This document shows, one piece after another, positions 10,962-20,333 of a stretch of 64,000 nucleotides of DNA. Position 1 is the first letter of the stretch; each line of letters starts with the position of its first letter. Location of the stretch: the NCBI GenBank assembly GCA_963833485.1, contig CAWHXT010000005.1:114845-178844 (forward strand), read 5' to 3'. The DNA is from an uncultured Candidatus Micrarchaeota archaeon. Lineage in GTDB: Archaea > Micrarchaeota > Micrarchaeia > Micrarchaeales > CABMGC01. Under the pieces are notes generated by a model, which did not search any database, was not told the origin of the DNA, and worked only from the letters and a program-made list of their open reading frames with translations. The translations under genes and the position numbers were made by a program.

Positions 10962-12008
10962 ATGACAAAAAAGAGCAATTATGACGTTATATCTGGTGAG
11001 CCAGTAGGGGTCATAGCTGCGCAGTCGATAGGAGAGCCAGGAACGCAGATGGTGCTAAAGTCATTCCACTTCGCAGGAGTCGCAAGCACGATCGCGACTT
11101 CGGGGCTCCCAAGAATGGTCGAGATAGTAGATGCAAGGAAGAAGCCTGCAACCGCATTCTCATATATTTATCTCCAAACCAAGGTTGGTAAGGACTTCGA
11201 GAAAGCAGAGCAGATAATGAAGAAGATAAGCGAGGTGAAGGTGACTGACATCGCCAGAAGGTTCATTGAGAACTTCTCGAAGGGCACGATAATCATCAGG
11301 CTCGACCAGCAGAAGCTGGAACTGAATGAGCTTACCGAAAGAGGGGTTGCAGCAAGGATAGCGAAGCTTGCAAAGATTGATACCAAGGCCTTTGACCACT
11401 CGATACTGATTAAAACACATTTGAAGAGCGCAAAGCAGATAAGGGCGCTCATGGTCCAGATAACAAAGCTCAACGTGAACGGTATGGAGGGAGCCGGAAA
11501 GGCTGTGGTGCAACAGGACAGAAAGACTGGAGAGTTCTTCATAGTCACCAACAACAGCAACCTTTCAGAGATACTAAAGATTGAGGGGATCGACCCGAAC
11601 AGAACATACACGAACGACATATTTGAGATGTACAGGGTATTCGGAATAGAGGCGGCTAGAAACACGATAGCAAAGGAGCTCATAGACACGCTTGATGCGC
11701 AGGGAATTTCGGTAAATTCGAGACACCTCTACATCCTTGCAGACGCAATGACCGCTAGCGGCGGAATTAAGAACGTGGGAAGAAGGGGTCTTAGCGGAGA
11801 GAAAGAGTCTGTTTTCGCAAGGGCTGCATACGAAGAGACGGTGAAACATCTAATAAATGCTGCTGCTTTCGGAGAAAAGGACCCGATGAAGGGGATAACC
11901 GAAAATGTGCTTGTTGGCAAGCAGATCCAGCTTGGAACCGGGACTGTCAGGCTAGCGATAAGGAAGGAGGACATATCCAAGATAACCGCCGTGAAAGCAA
12001 AGAAATAA
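10962..12008 (+). CDS. rpoA2: RNA polymerase subunit A'' (Rpo1C)
   Basis: [22 protein letters not shown] tail. Confidence 0.97.
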   Translation: MTKKSNYDVISGEPVGVIAAQSIGEPGTQMVLKSFHFAGVASTIATSGLPRMVEIVDARKKPATAFSYIYLQTKVGKDFEKAEQIMKKISEVKVTDIARRFIENFSKGTIIIRLDQQKLELNELTERGVAARIAKLAKIDTKAFDHSILIKTHLKSAKQIRALMVQITKLNVNGMEGAGKAVVQQDRKTGEFFIVTNNSNLSEILKIEGIDPNRTYTNDIFEMYRVFGIEAARNTIAKELIDTLDAQGISVNSRHLYILADAMTASGGIKNVGRRGLSGEKESVFARAAYEETVKHLINAAAFGEKDPMKGITENVLVGKQIQLGTGTVRLAIRKEDISKITAVKAKK

Positions 12009-12032
12009 TAATCTCATTTGTTTGGTAATCAT

Positions 12033-12254
12033 ATGCAAGAAAGACCTTTTGATCTTTTGAACAAGGCCATAGGGCAGCAGGTACTGATAAGGCTGAAGAA
12101 CGGCGTAGACATAAGGGGAAAGGTAACCTCGTTTGACATACACATGAATATCGTACTTGAAAATGCAGAGGAGCTTGATGAGGGCAATCTCAAGGCTAAG
12201 CTCGGAACCATACTCCTAAGAGGAGGGAACATACTTTTTGTATCTCCTGCCTGA
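12033..12254 (+). CDS. Sm-like (Lsm/SmAP) RNA-binding protein
   Basis: RPFDLL, FDIHMNIVL, LLRGGNI Sm1/Sm2 motifs. Confidence 0.93.
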   Translation: MQERPFDLLNKAIGQQVLIRLKNGVDIRGKVTSFDIHMNIVLENAEELDEGNLKAKLGTILLRGGNILFVSPA

Positions 12255-12271
12255 ATTTATTTCAAAAATAT

Positions 12272-13000
12272 TTAGCTATACGCTTCTTCTATCGCTGCTT
12301 CTGCAAGCACGTCTAAAGTATCTATCGCTTTTATTGGAGACTCTTCTTTTTTAATTACAAGAGGCAATTCAGTACATCCTATTATAACGCCTTCGGCAGA
12401 TTTCTTCTTAAGTTTATTTATTATCGATATTAATACCTTTTTGTCTCCCTTTTTAATTTTTCCTCCCATAACGTGTAATATTATCTGAGTTATTCTTTTT
12501 CTATCATCAATTTCTGGTTTTATCAGGGTTATTCCATGCTGTTTTAATTGCGCTTCATAAACGCCTTCTTGGTAAGAATCTTCAGAAGAAAGCAAGCCTA
12601 TTCTGTGCATTTTCAATTTGGCGGCTTTTTGCACTGCCTTTTCTGTCATGCTTATGATGGGTATCTTAACGTGTTTTTTTAACTCAGAAATAAATGTGTG
12701 CGCTGTGTTGCATGGTAAAACTGCAAAATCACATCCAGATACAGTTAATCTTATTATACCATCTATAAATTCGGTCAGTAACACATCTCTGTTTTTTATT
12801 CCAGTTTCATCAGACCCTTTTGGCGCCATTGAAAAAATCATTATCCTGGGATAATCTCCGTCTTGTACAGCCCTGTGGGATACTTGACATAACTTTAATA
12901 TCCTTCTATAAAGTTCAGCGCTTGCTTCAGGCCCCATCCCACCCAAAATACCTATAGTCTTTATCTGTTTCAAGCTATCCACTCTTCTGCTAAAAACCAT
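12272..13000 (-). CDS. Aspartate/glutamate racemase family protein
   Basis: IGILGGMGP, PCNTAH and GCTELP with both catalytic Cys. Confidence 0.9.
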   Translation of the reverse strand: MVFSRRVDSLKQIKTIGILGGMGPEASAELYRRILKLCQVSHRAVQDGDYPRIMIFSMAPKGSDETGIKNRDVLLTEFIDGIIRLTVSGCDFAVLPCNTAHTFISELKKHVKIPIISMTEKAVQKAAKLKMHRIGLLSSEDSYQEGVYEAQLKQHGITLIKPEIDDRKRITQIILHVMGGKIKKGDKKVLISIINKLKKKSAEGVIIGCTELPLVIKKEESPIKAIDTLDVLAEAAIEEAYS

Positions 13001-13077
13001 AACCTTGAATAGATATTTATAACGCTAATGTTTGCAAGGTAAGTGGTTAAATATCTTCAGAAGAGATATAATTCGTT

Positions 13078-13166
13078 GGGCTCCTAGCGCAACGGTAGCG
13101 CGCCTGCATGGCATGCAGGAGGTTGCGGGTTCGAAAGCTATACGCACGAAAATCCCGCGGAGTCCA
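13078..13166 (+). tRNA. tRNA-Ala(GGC) with 17-nt intron at 59/60 (13136-13152)
   Basis: Acceptor GGGCTCC/GGAGTCC with G3:U70; anticodon arm CCTGC-ATGGCAT-GCAGG; BHB-like motif TTCG/CGAA with AAA and AAT bulges in the T loop. Confidence 0.92.
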
Positions 13167-13178
13167 ATACGTGAAATT

Positions 13179-13916
13179 ATGGAACATGAGGAGAGATTAA
13201 CTCTAGCAAACGAAGCCACTAAAGCTCTGTTAAATAAGTATGGCGAGAGAATTCTATATGTTGGCTTAAGCGGTTCTACCGCTAAGAACGAGGACAAAGA
13301 GAATTCAGACATAGATATGGTTGTGGTAACAAAAACCAAAAACGGCCATTTATTGTGTGTGTTAAAAGGTATAGTGTTTTCTGTAGATTTTTTAAGTTTG
13401 AAATTTGCAGAAAAATTGACAAAATCCGTAAGCGCAACTTGGCCTTTAGAGGTCGGTCAAATTCTTGGAAGTGTTAAACTATACGATAATAATTTTCTTG
13501 AAAACTTCAATAAAGAAATTAAATCGGTAGAAAATAAGAAATTTGCCAAAGCTGCAAAAAAAATTTTGCCAGACCTGAGGGAAGATATAGACAAGCTCAA
13601 GAATAAGTACGCAATAAAAAATCGTGGAGACGTGAATGGCGTCGCTGATCTTTTTTACTACGAAGCAAATAATTTCATTGCCATAATAAATAAAGCTTGG
13701 CTGACGCGCACAGACTCTGGCTCTTTGATCGATATCGAAAAACTGTCTAAGAAGCCCAAGAACTACATTCAGTTATTCACAAAACTTCGAGAAAATAATA
13801 ATATAGATGAGGTATATAGCATAACTTTGGAGTTATGGAGGAACCTATTAGAATTTGCAGAAGAAAATGGAATAAAACTAAAAGAGTACAAAGAGATAGA
13901 CGACATTAGCTTATAA
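13179..13916 (+). CDS. Kanamycin nucleotidyltransferase (KNTase/ANT(4')-I)-like protein
   Basis: Pol-beta NTase GS..K..D...SDID plus WPL.GQ...LYD..FLE...KSVE..KF pattern recalled from KNTase; true start lies after the tRNA. Confidence 0.75.
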   Translation: MEHEERLTLANEATKALLNKYGERILYVGLSGSTAKNEDKENSDIDMVVVTKTKNGHLLCVLKGIVFSVDFLSLKFAEKLTKSVSATWPLEVGQILGSVKLYDNNFLENFNKEIKSVENKKFAKAAKKILPDLREDIDKLKNKYAIKNRGDVNGVADLFYYEANNFIAIINKAWLTRTDSGSLIDIEKLSKKPKNYIQLFTKLRENNNIDEVYSITLELWRNLLEFAEENGIKLKEYKEIDDISL

Positions 13917-14001
13917 ATGATACGAGAGTTACGTCGAACTCATCTATTTACCATAAGACTTATAAAGGTAGAATTGTGAAAGAATTATGGGGGTTATTCA
14001 T

Positions 14002-14796
14002 ATGGGTATACCATATGTGATCAGAGTTTCTTCACAAAAAGGGGGCGTCGGAAAGACGACAATTGCCGTCAATCTAGCAACCGCATTAAGAAGGTCGGGA
14101 TACGGGGTTTTGCTTGTTGACACTGATATAGTAAGCCCTGCTGTCGGGGAATATTTTGGCATAAGAAATTCAAACATCGGATACGCAGACCTGCTACAGG
14201 GGGGCGTGGAGGTCAAGAATGCTATATTCGCATACCAACCTATAGACCTCAGCGTTATTGCCGGGACATACATGAGTAGTGCGTATGATCCTGATCAAAA
14301 GAAGCTCATGAAGGACCTTGAGAGCTTCTATGCACAGATAAAGAAACTTGACTATGATTTTGTAATTATCGATTCGCCTCCAGGGGCAATACCCACAGGA
14401 ACAGCTAAGTTTTATGATGAGGTTTTGATAGTAGCTACCCCTGAAAGAGTTTCATGCTCAGGAAGTAGAGCTTTGGCTAAACAATGCGAAAAGAACCACC
14501 TGAAATGCAGAATGATTATTAACAAAAGAGGACACAGCAAATACGAACCAAGTCTGTACGAGATGCAAATGCTTTATGGAGACCTTGTAGAAGCTGTAAT
14601 CCCAGAAAACGAGATAATACCAGAAAGCCTGATAGCGCACGTTCCTGCGCACATTCTTAGCGAGGATAACCCATTCACGAAGGCGATAAAGAACCTTTCT
14701 AAAATATATTCACTAAGAATCGAATCAGATAGGAGAGGATCGAAAGGAGTCGGCAATTACTTTGGTTCTGTAAGCAAAATAGCAGGACTGAGTTAA
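14002..14796 (+). CDS. MinD/ParA-family ATPase (paralog 1)
   Basis: Deviant Walker [19 protein letters not shown]. Confidence 0.88.
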   Translation: MGIPYVIRVSSQKGGVGKTTIAVNLATALRRSGYGVLLVDTDIVSPAVGEYFGIRNSNIGYADLLQGGVEVKNAIFAYQPIDLSVIAGTYMSSAYDPDQKKLMKDLESFYAQIKKLDYDFVIIDSPPGAIPTGTAKFYDEVLIVATPERVSCSGSRALAKQCEKNHLKCRMIINKRGHSKYEPSLYEMQMLYGDLVEAVIPENEIIPESLIAHVPAHILSEDNPFTKAIKNLSKIYSLRIESDRRGSKGVGNYFGSVSKIAGLS

Positions 14797-14869
14797 GCTG
14801 ATAGGTATTTAGCCTCTTTCTCCAAAACTTATATAAATCCAGAATCCACTATTTTACAAGGCACAGTTT

Positions 14870-15673
14870 ATGGCAGATTCGTACGTAATAAGAATATCAT
14901 CTCAGAAGGGAGGAGTAGGAAAGACCACGATTGCTGTTAATCTTGCAACAGCTTTGCAGACAATGAGATACAACGTTCTACTTATAGACACTGACAATGC
15001 CAGCCCAGCGGTAAGTGAATATTTTGGGATAACGAGCTCAGAAACTGGATATATTGAAGCATTGAGCGGGGAAATCGAAGTCAAGAATGCGATATTTGCA
15101 TACGAACCAATAGACTTGAACATAATAGCTGGTACAAACATTACTGCTCCCTATGAGGCGGATCCGCAAAAGCTCACAGGGGACATGGAAAACTTCTATA
15201 CACAGATTAAGAAATTAGGTTATGATTTTGTCATAATTGATGCCCCTCCAGGACCTTTGCAGCAAGGTACTGCAAAATTCTACAATGAAGTACTGATAGT
15301 TAGCACCCCTGAGAGGATCTCATGTATAGGAAGCAAGAAGCTTGCCGATCAGTGCGAGAAGTACCATCTGAAACATAGGTTGGCGATAAACAGGTCTGGC
15401 TATAGTAGATATGAACTGCCAGTTGAAGAGATAGAGAAACTTTATGGGGATCTTGTTGATGTGATGGTCCCAGAAGACATGATAATATCTGAGAGTATGA
15501 CCAAACACAAACCAGCATACGCGCTTAACAAAGATAACCCGTTTTCGAAAGCTATAGGAGAACTATCAAAGATATACACATTCAGAGCTGGAGAGAAGGA
15601 GGAGGAAGAAGACAACAAGAAAGAGAAAGGAGGCTTCTTCGGTGCTCTCGGAAGGGCTATAGGGTTAAAGTAG
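14870..15673 (+). CDS. MinD/ParA-family ATPase (paralog 2) with C-terminal amphipathic helix
   Basis: [18 protein letters not shown], terminal GGFFGALGRAIGLK. Confidence 0.9.
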   Translation: MADSYVIRISSQKGGVGKTTIAVNLATALQTMRYNVLLIDTDNASPAVSEYFGITSSETGYIEALSGEIEVKNAIFAYEPIDLNIIAGTNITAPYEADPQKLTGDMENFYTQIKKLGYDFVIIDAPPGPLQQGTAKFYNEVLIVSTPERISCIGSKKLADQCEKYHLKHRLAINRSGYSRYELPVEEIEKLYGDLVDVMVPEDMIISESMTKHKPAYALNKDNPFSKAIGELSKIYTFRAGEKEEEEDNKKEKGGFFGALGRAIGLK

Positions 15674-15760
15674 GTTAAATTAAGTAAAACCTATAAATTT
15701 ACAACTTTTTCTTGAAAAAAACGAACATTATTTAAATATATCCATACATATACTATACGT

Positions 15761-16216
15761 ATGGGCAACGAAGAGAAGATAGTAATCAGGACAGTGAACA
15801 AACCAGAGAAGCAGAACTTTGATGAACTAATAGCCTGGTTCTGCAGGTCTTTTGACTTGTCGGAAGATGAAAACTCTCTGGAGTCTACAATGCTGAAGGA
15901 GATTGTTGGCACCAGTTTTTCCGGATCAGGGATAACTAGCAAGGAGCTAAACAACAAGCTTGCTACTCCAAGGACAACTGTGATATACCACCTTAATAGA
16001 TTCATAAACTCTGGCTTGATAGTAAGAAAGGGAAGGAGGTACTTCCTTAGATCCCAAGACATGGAGAGTACGATAGAGGAGCTGCAGGCTGACATGTTCA
16101 GAGAATTCAACAGGATGATAGAGTTTGCAGAGAAGCTAGATCAGATAATGTCAAGTGATGTCATATGGCAGAAGAGAAGAAAAATGGAAAAACAAAGCAG
16201 GAAAGCGCTGAAGTGA
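15761..16216 (+). CDS. Winged-helix transcriptional regulator heading the grpE-dnaK-dnaJ operon
   Basis: ITSKEL...TPRTTVIYHLNRFINSGLIVRK HTH-wing. Confidence 0.75.
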   Translation: MGNEEKIVIRTVNKPEKQNFDELIAWFCRSFDLSEDENSLESTMLKEIVGTSFSGSGITSKELNNKLATPRTTVIYHLNRFINSGLIVRKGRRYFLRSQDMESTIEELQADMFREFNRMIEFAEKLDQIMSSDVIWQKRRKMEKQSRKALK

Positions 16217-16692
16217 AAGAGGAGATAAAAGAAACTAAGGCGGAAGAGGAGAGCTTAGCGGAGATTAAAGAGAGACTGCTTCGCCTTGCGGCAGAGTTTG
16301 ACAATTACAAGAAGAGAATAGCAAAAGAGATGGATGCTTCGAAAAGCATGGGCAAAGCTGAAATCGTTAAGAAGATTCTCCCTGCGCTTGATGAATTTGA
16401 GCTGGCTATCACCGCAATGGAAGATGGAAAAGAAGGTTCAAAGACTGGGGTAGAGCTCGTATACTCCAATCTGATAGAAGCTCTCAAGCACGAAGGGTTG
16501 GAAGTAATAGAAGCGAAGGGCAAGTTCGATCCATACAAGCACGAGATCATGCTTACAAAGGAAAGTGAGAAAGGTGAAGGGACCATTGTTGAGGTCGTAA
16601 GGAAAGGGTACATGTTCAATGATATTATGTTAAGACCAGCTTCTGTGATAGTTGCAAAACAGAAACCTGCTGATCAGAAAGATAAAAAATAG
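16165..16692 (+). CDS. grpE: Nucleotide exchange factor GrpE
   Basis: LRLAAEFDNYKKR, FDPYKHE, KGY...LRPASV. Confidence 0.96.
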   Translation: MAEEKKNGKTKQESAEVKEEIKETKAEEESLAEIKERLLRLAAEFDNYKKRIAKEMDASKSMGKAEIVKKILPALDEFELAITAMEDGKEGSKTGVELVYSNLIEALKHEGLEVIEAKGKFDPYKHEIMLTKESEKGEGTIVEVVRKGYMFNDIMLRPASVIVAKQKPADQKDKK

Positions 16693-16701
16693 GTGAATAA
16701 G

Positions 16702-18531
16702 ATGAAAATTATTGGAATAGATTTGGGAACCTCAAACTCGGCAGCAGCCGTATTGGAAGGAGGAAGGCCGGTGCTTATACAGAGCGCAGAGGGCACTTCG
16801 ATGTATGGGAAATCTTTCCCTAGCCATGTTGCTTTCACAAAGGACGGGCAGAGACTTATTGGGGAGCCGGCAAGAAGGCAGGCAGTAGCAAACGCAGAAG
16901 GAACGGTAACCGCGTTTAAGAGGAAGATGGGAACAGACTACAGATACAAGATATATGGAAAAGATTACACTCCTCAAGAACTGTCTGCTATGCTTCTGCA
17001 AAAGATAAAGAAAGACGCTGAAGCATTCCTTGGCGAGGAGGTGAAGAAAGCGGTCATAACAGTACCCGCTTATTTCGACGACAATCAGAGGCAGGCTACA
17101 AAAGACGCTGGAGAGATTGCAGGCCTTGAAGTTGTGAGGTTGGTCAACGAACCAACAGCAGCAAGCCTTGCATATGGTTTGGACAAGCAGAGCAGGGACA
17201 TGAAGGTGATGGTCTACGACTTTGGAGGTGGAACGCTTGATGTTACTATAATGGAGTTCGGAAAAGGAGTGTTTGAGGTAAAGTCAACAAATGGAGATAC
17301 CCAGCTAGGAGGAACGGACATGGACAATGTCATAGTGGATTTCCTAGTGCAAGAAGTGAAGAAGCAGTTTGGAGTAGACATAACTAAGGACAAGCAGGCA
17401 ATGCAGAGGGTAAGGGAGGCAGGGGAAAGGGCAAAGATAGAGTTATCTACCACCTTAACAAGCGAGATAAACCTTCCGTTCTTGGGCATGGGCCCAGACA
17501 AAGCACCAATACACTTCACATACCAGTTCACAAGGGCAAAGTTAGAGGAGATAGTCGTACCTATAGTGGAAAGAACCACCAAGCCGGTGATTCAGGCACT
17601 AAAGGATGCAAAGCTTGAACCAAAGGATATAGAAAAGGTCATACTGGTTGGAGGACCAACGAGGATGCCAATAGTGCAGAGGTACGTTGAGCAGCTGCTT
17701 GGGAAGAAGATAGAGCATGGAGTTGATCCTATGGAGGCTGTGGCATTCGGCGCAGCTATACAAGCAGGTGTTCTTACTGGAGAAGTGAAGGACATAGTAC
17801 TTCTAGATGTAACACCACTATCTCTCGGTATCGAAACCTTAGGAGGAGTCATGACAAAACTCATCGACAGGAACACCACAATACCTATAAAGAAAACGCA
17901 GGTTTTCACAACAGCTGACGATTCGCAGACCAGCGTTGACATTCATATACTGCAAGGAGAAAGGGCGATGGCAAAGGACAACATAGAGTTGGGTAAATTC
18001 GTGCTCACGGGCCTGCCCCCTGCGCCAAGAGGCGTGCCACAGATAGAGGTCACTTATGATATTGACTCTAATGGGATATTGCACGTGACAGCAAGAGATA
18101 AAGCGACAGGAAAGGAGCAGGGCATGCAAGTTATCGCACCGCACAAGATGAACAAAGACGATTTGGAGAGGAAAATGAAGGAAGCGGATCAATACTCTGA
18201 AGAGGACAGGAAGATTAGAGAGTATGTCGAGATAAAGAACGACTCGGAAACGATGATATACGCAACGGAAAAAATGATAAAGGAAAACAAGAACAAGCTC
18301 TCAAAAGAGGTTGTGGAAAATTTGGAGAAAGCTGTGGAAGAGCTTAGGAAAGCGATAAAAGAGGAAGACAAGGACTTAATAAAAGAGAAACATGATGCTC
18401 TGAAGGATCAGATGCAGAACGCTGGCGCTGAGATGTATGGATCACAATCATCTGGAGGAGAACCTGGTCCAGGGAGCTCACCTCCTGGAGATGAAAATGC
18501 GGAGGACTCCAGTTTGAATAAGAAAAAATAG
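16702..18531 (+). CDS. dnaK: Chaperone DnaK (Hsp70)
   Basis: [35 protein letters not shown]. Confidence 0.98.
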   Translation: MKIIGIDLGTSNSAAAVLEGGRPVLIQSAEGTSMYGKSFPSHVAFTKDGQRLIGEPARRQAVANAEGTVTAFKRKMGTDYRYKIYGKDYTPQELSAMLLQKIKKDAEAFLGEEVKKAVITVPAYFDDNQRQATKDAGEIAGLEVVRLVNEPTAASLAYGLDKQSRDMKVMVYDFGGGTLDVTIMEFGKGVFEVKSTNGDTQLGGTDMDNVIVDFLVQEVKKQFGVDITKDKQAMQRVREAGERAKIELSTTLTSEINLPFLGMGPDKAPIHFTYQFTRAKLEEIVVPIVERTTKPVIQALKDAKLEPKDIEKVILVGGPTRMPIVQRYVEQLLGKKIEHGVDPMEAVAFGAAIQAGVLTGEVKDIVLLDVTPLSLGIETLGGVMTKLIDRNTTIPIKKTQVFTTADDSQTSVDIHILQGERAMAKDNIELGKFVLTGLPPAPRGVPQIEVTYDIDSNGILHVTARDKATGKEQGMQVIAPHKMNKDDLERKMKEADQYSEEDRKIREYVEIKNDSETMIYATEKMIKENKNKLSKEVVENLEKAVEELRKAIKEEDKDLIKEKHDALKDQMQNAGAEMYGSQSSGGEPGPGSSPPGDENAEDSSLNKKK

Positions 18532-18540
18532 GAATGAATA

Positions 18541-19251
18541 ATGCCAAAAGACTATTATGAAATTCTCGGAGTACGAAAAACCGCTAGCATTGACGAGATA
18601 AAGAGGGCGTACAGAGAGCAGGTGCTGAAATACCATCCTGATGTGAACAAGGACCCAAAAGCAGAGGTTAGGATGCGTGAGTTGAACGAGGCTTACGCTG
18701 TATTAAGCGATGAGCAGAAGAGGCAGCAGTACGACGCTTTTGGCCCGGAGCAGTTCGGACAGCAGTACTCTCCTGAAGACATCTTCCGCGGATTTAATCC
18801 AGAGGACCTGTTTAAAGATATCTTTGGCTTTTCAAACTTTGGGCAGTATGGAGATATGTTTGGGATGGAGCAGGAGAATGAGATGACAGGTTTGAATCTC
18901 TACTTTCCATTCGACGAGCTTGAGAGAGGGGTGGAGAAGGATTTTGAGGTGCGCCATTACAAGAAATGCCAAAACTGCAGGGGCAGTGGAGGCGAACCTG
19001 GATCTCAGCAGATTAGATGCCCGAAGTGTGATGGAACTGGAAACAGGTTCACACAGCAGAACACCATCTTCGGCAGGATACAGATGCACATCACTTGCGA
19101 TAAATGTGGGGGTAGAGGAAGAGTGTTTGAGAAGGAGTGTACAGCCTGCAAGGGCAAAGGCAGAGTTGTGGTGACAGACAAATTTAGGGTAAAGGCTGAG
19201 AAGTTGAACAAGGAGGGAGAAGAACCTAAAAAGAAGAGAGGCTTCTTCTAA
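18541..19251 (+). CDS. dnaJ: DnaJ, short form (J domain, G/F region, Zn finger)
   Basis: HPD motif, four CxxCxGxG repeats, only 236 aa. Confidence 0.9.
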   Translation: MPKDYYEILGVRKTASIDEIKRAYREQVLKYHPDVNKDPKAEVRMRELNEAYAVLSDEQKRQQYDAFGPEQFGQQYSPEDIFRGFNPEDLFKDIFGFSNFGQYGDMFGMEQENEMTGLNLYFPFDELERGVEKDFEVRHYKKCQNCRGSGGEPGSQQIRCPKCDGTGNRFTQQNTIFGRIQMHITCDKCGGRGRVFEKECTACKGKGRVVVTDKFRVKAEKLNKEGEEPKKKRGFF

Positions 19252-19263
19252 GGTTATAGTTTT

Positions 19264-20325
19264 CTACTTACGCTGTTTTTTGGCGCTGATTCTTATTGGC
19301 ATATAAAACGCGAAAAATAATGCGATTAAGCCAATAATCAACAATAGTATAGAATATTTTAGAAGTGAGATTTTAACAAGTGGAAGCCCGATGGCAAGGG
19401 CAATTGATATGAAGGCGAGCTGCGGTGGGATTGCAGGCAGCATCTGGACTCTAGATTTGTATTTTCTTAGATATAATGTGGTGAGGAGTATGCCTATAGC
19501 TGCGCCGACCACGATAACTATGCTCAGGTAGTACGTGAAGAATAGGCTGTAAGCACTAACAGCAACTATCAGTGGTATTATCAGGTCTCCAGTTCCGAGT
19601 TGGATCTGAGCGATTATTGGGACATCCCCGCTCTTGAGTATCTTGTTCATCACAGGATTATTGAGATCTTTCACCTCCTTCTCATGTTTCTCATATCCTT
19701 TCTGCTCCTCCTTTGTAAGACTCTTGAAAGGTATCGCCTCTATGTCTGTCGATCCAACGAAGAGGGCTATGTTCCTGTTCATGAACGCCTTCGCGAGCGT
19801 GACCATGTGCTTCGTGACGAATACGGCTATGTAGTCGTACATCGCTAGCACAGCAAGAACTAGATAAGCGAGTACAAGGCTGAAACTCGTGCCAACTATG
19901 AGCCCAAGGCTTATGCTTGCTAACACTGCTGCGAGGTTCCTGAGAGACTGCCTCTTGTTCTTAGCTATTATGAGAAGTGACGCGAGCATGAATGAGATAA
20001 ACATGTTGAGCAGCGTATTTAGGTTGGGCAGAAAGTAGTATATTATGCCGATGAACAGCAGGAAGGCAGGTCCGCCTATTGCATACGCCTCAAAGTATGT
20101 GAAGAGCCTTGTGCCACGATAGTATTTGATGAGCAGCATTGTGAGTGCAGGGACAATTATCACTATAGCTATCAGGAAAGGAATTATATCGAGAAGCGAT
20201 ACTGTGTACGTTGTAGATGTTGGGGTTGGTGCAAATACTGGTATCAGGAGAATTCCTCCGAACTGCACTATAAGAAATAGCGTGAGTATGTGCACTAGCT
20301 GCCGGTTCTCCTGTCTCAGAAACAA
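19264..20325 (-). CDS. Presenilin/SPP-like intramembrane aspartyl protease
   Basis: YD, LGTGD (GxGD) and PAIP motifs in a multi-TM protein. Confidence 0.85.
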   Translation of the reverse strand: MFLRQENRQLVHILTLFLIVQFGGILLIPVFAPTPTSTTYTVSLLDIIPFLIAIVIIVPALTMLLIKYYRGTRLFTYFEAYAIGGPAFLLFIGIIYYFLPNLNTLLNMFISFMLASLLIIAKNKRQSLRNLAAVLASISLGLIVGTSFSLVLAYLVLAVLAMYDYIAVFVTKHMVTLAKAFMNRNIALFVGSTDIEAIPFKSLTKEEQKGYEKHEKEVKDLNNPVMNKILKSGDVPIIAQIQLGTGDLIIPLIVAVSAYSLFFTYYLSIVIVVGAAIGILLTTLYLRKYKSRVQMLPAIPPQLAFISIALAIGLPLVKISLLKYSILLLIIGLIALFFAFYMPIRISAKKQRK

Positions 20326-20333
20326 ACGAACAC

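Noticed and set aside
13032-13178. N-terminal 49 codons of the 294-aa ORF
   Set aside because: They overlap tRNA-Ala and its promoter; the real start is ATG 13179
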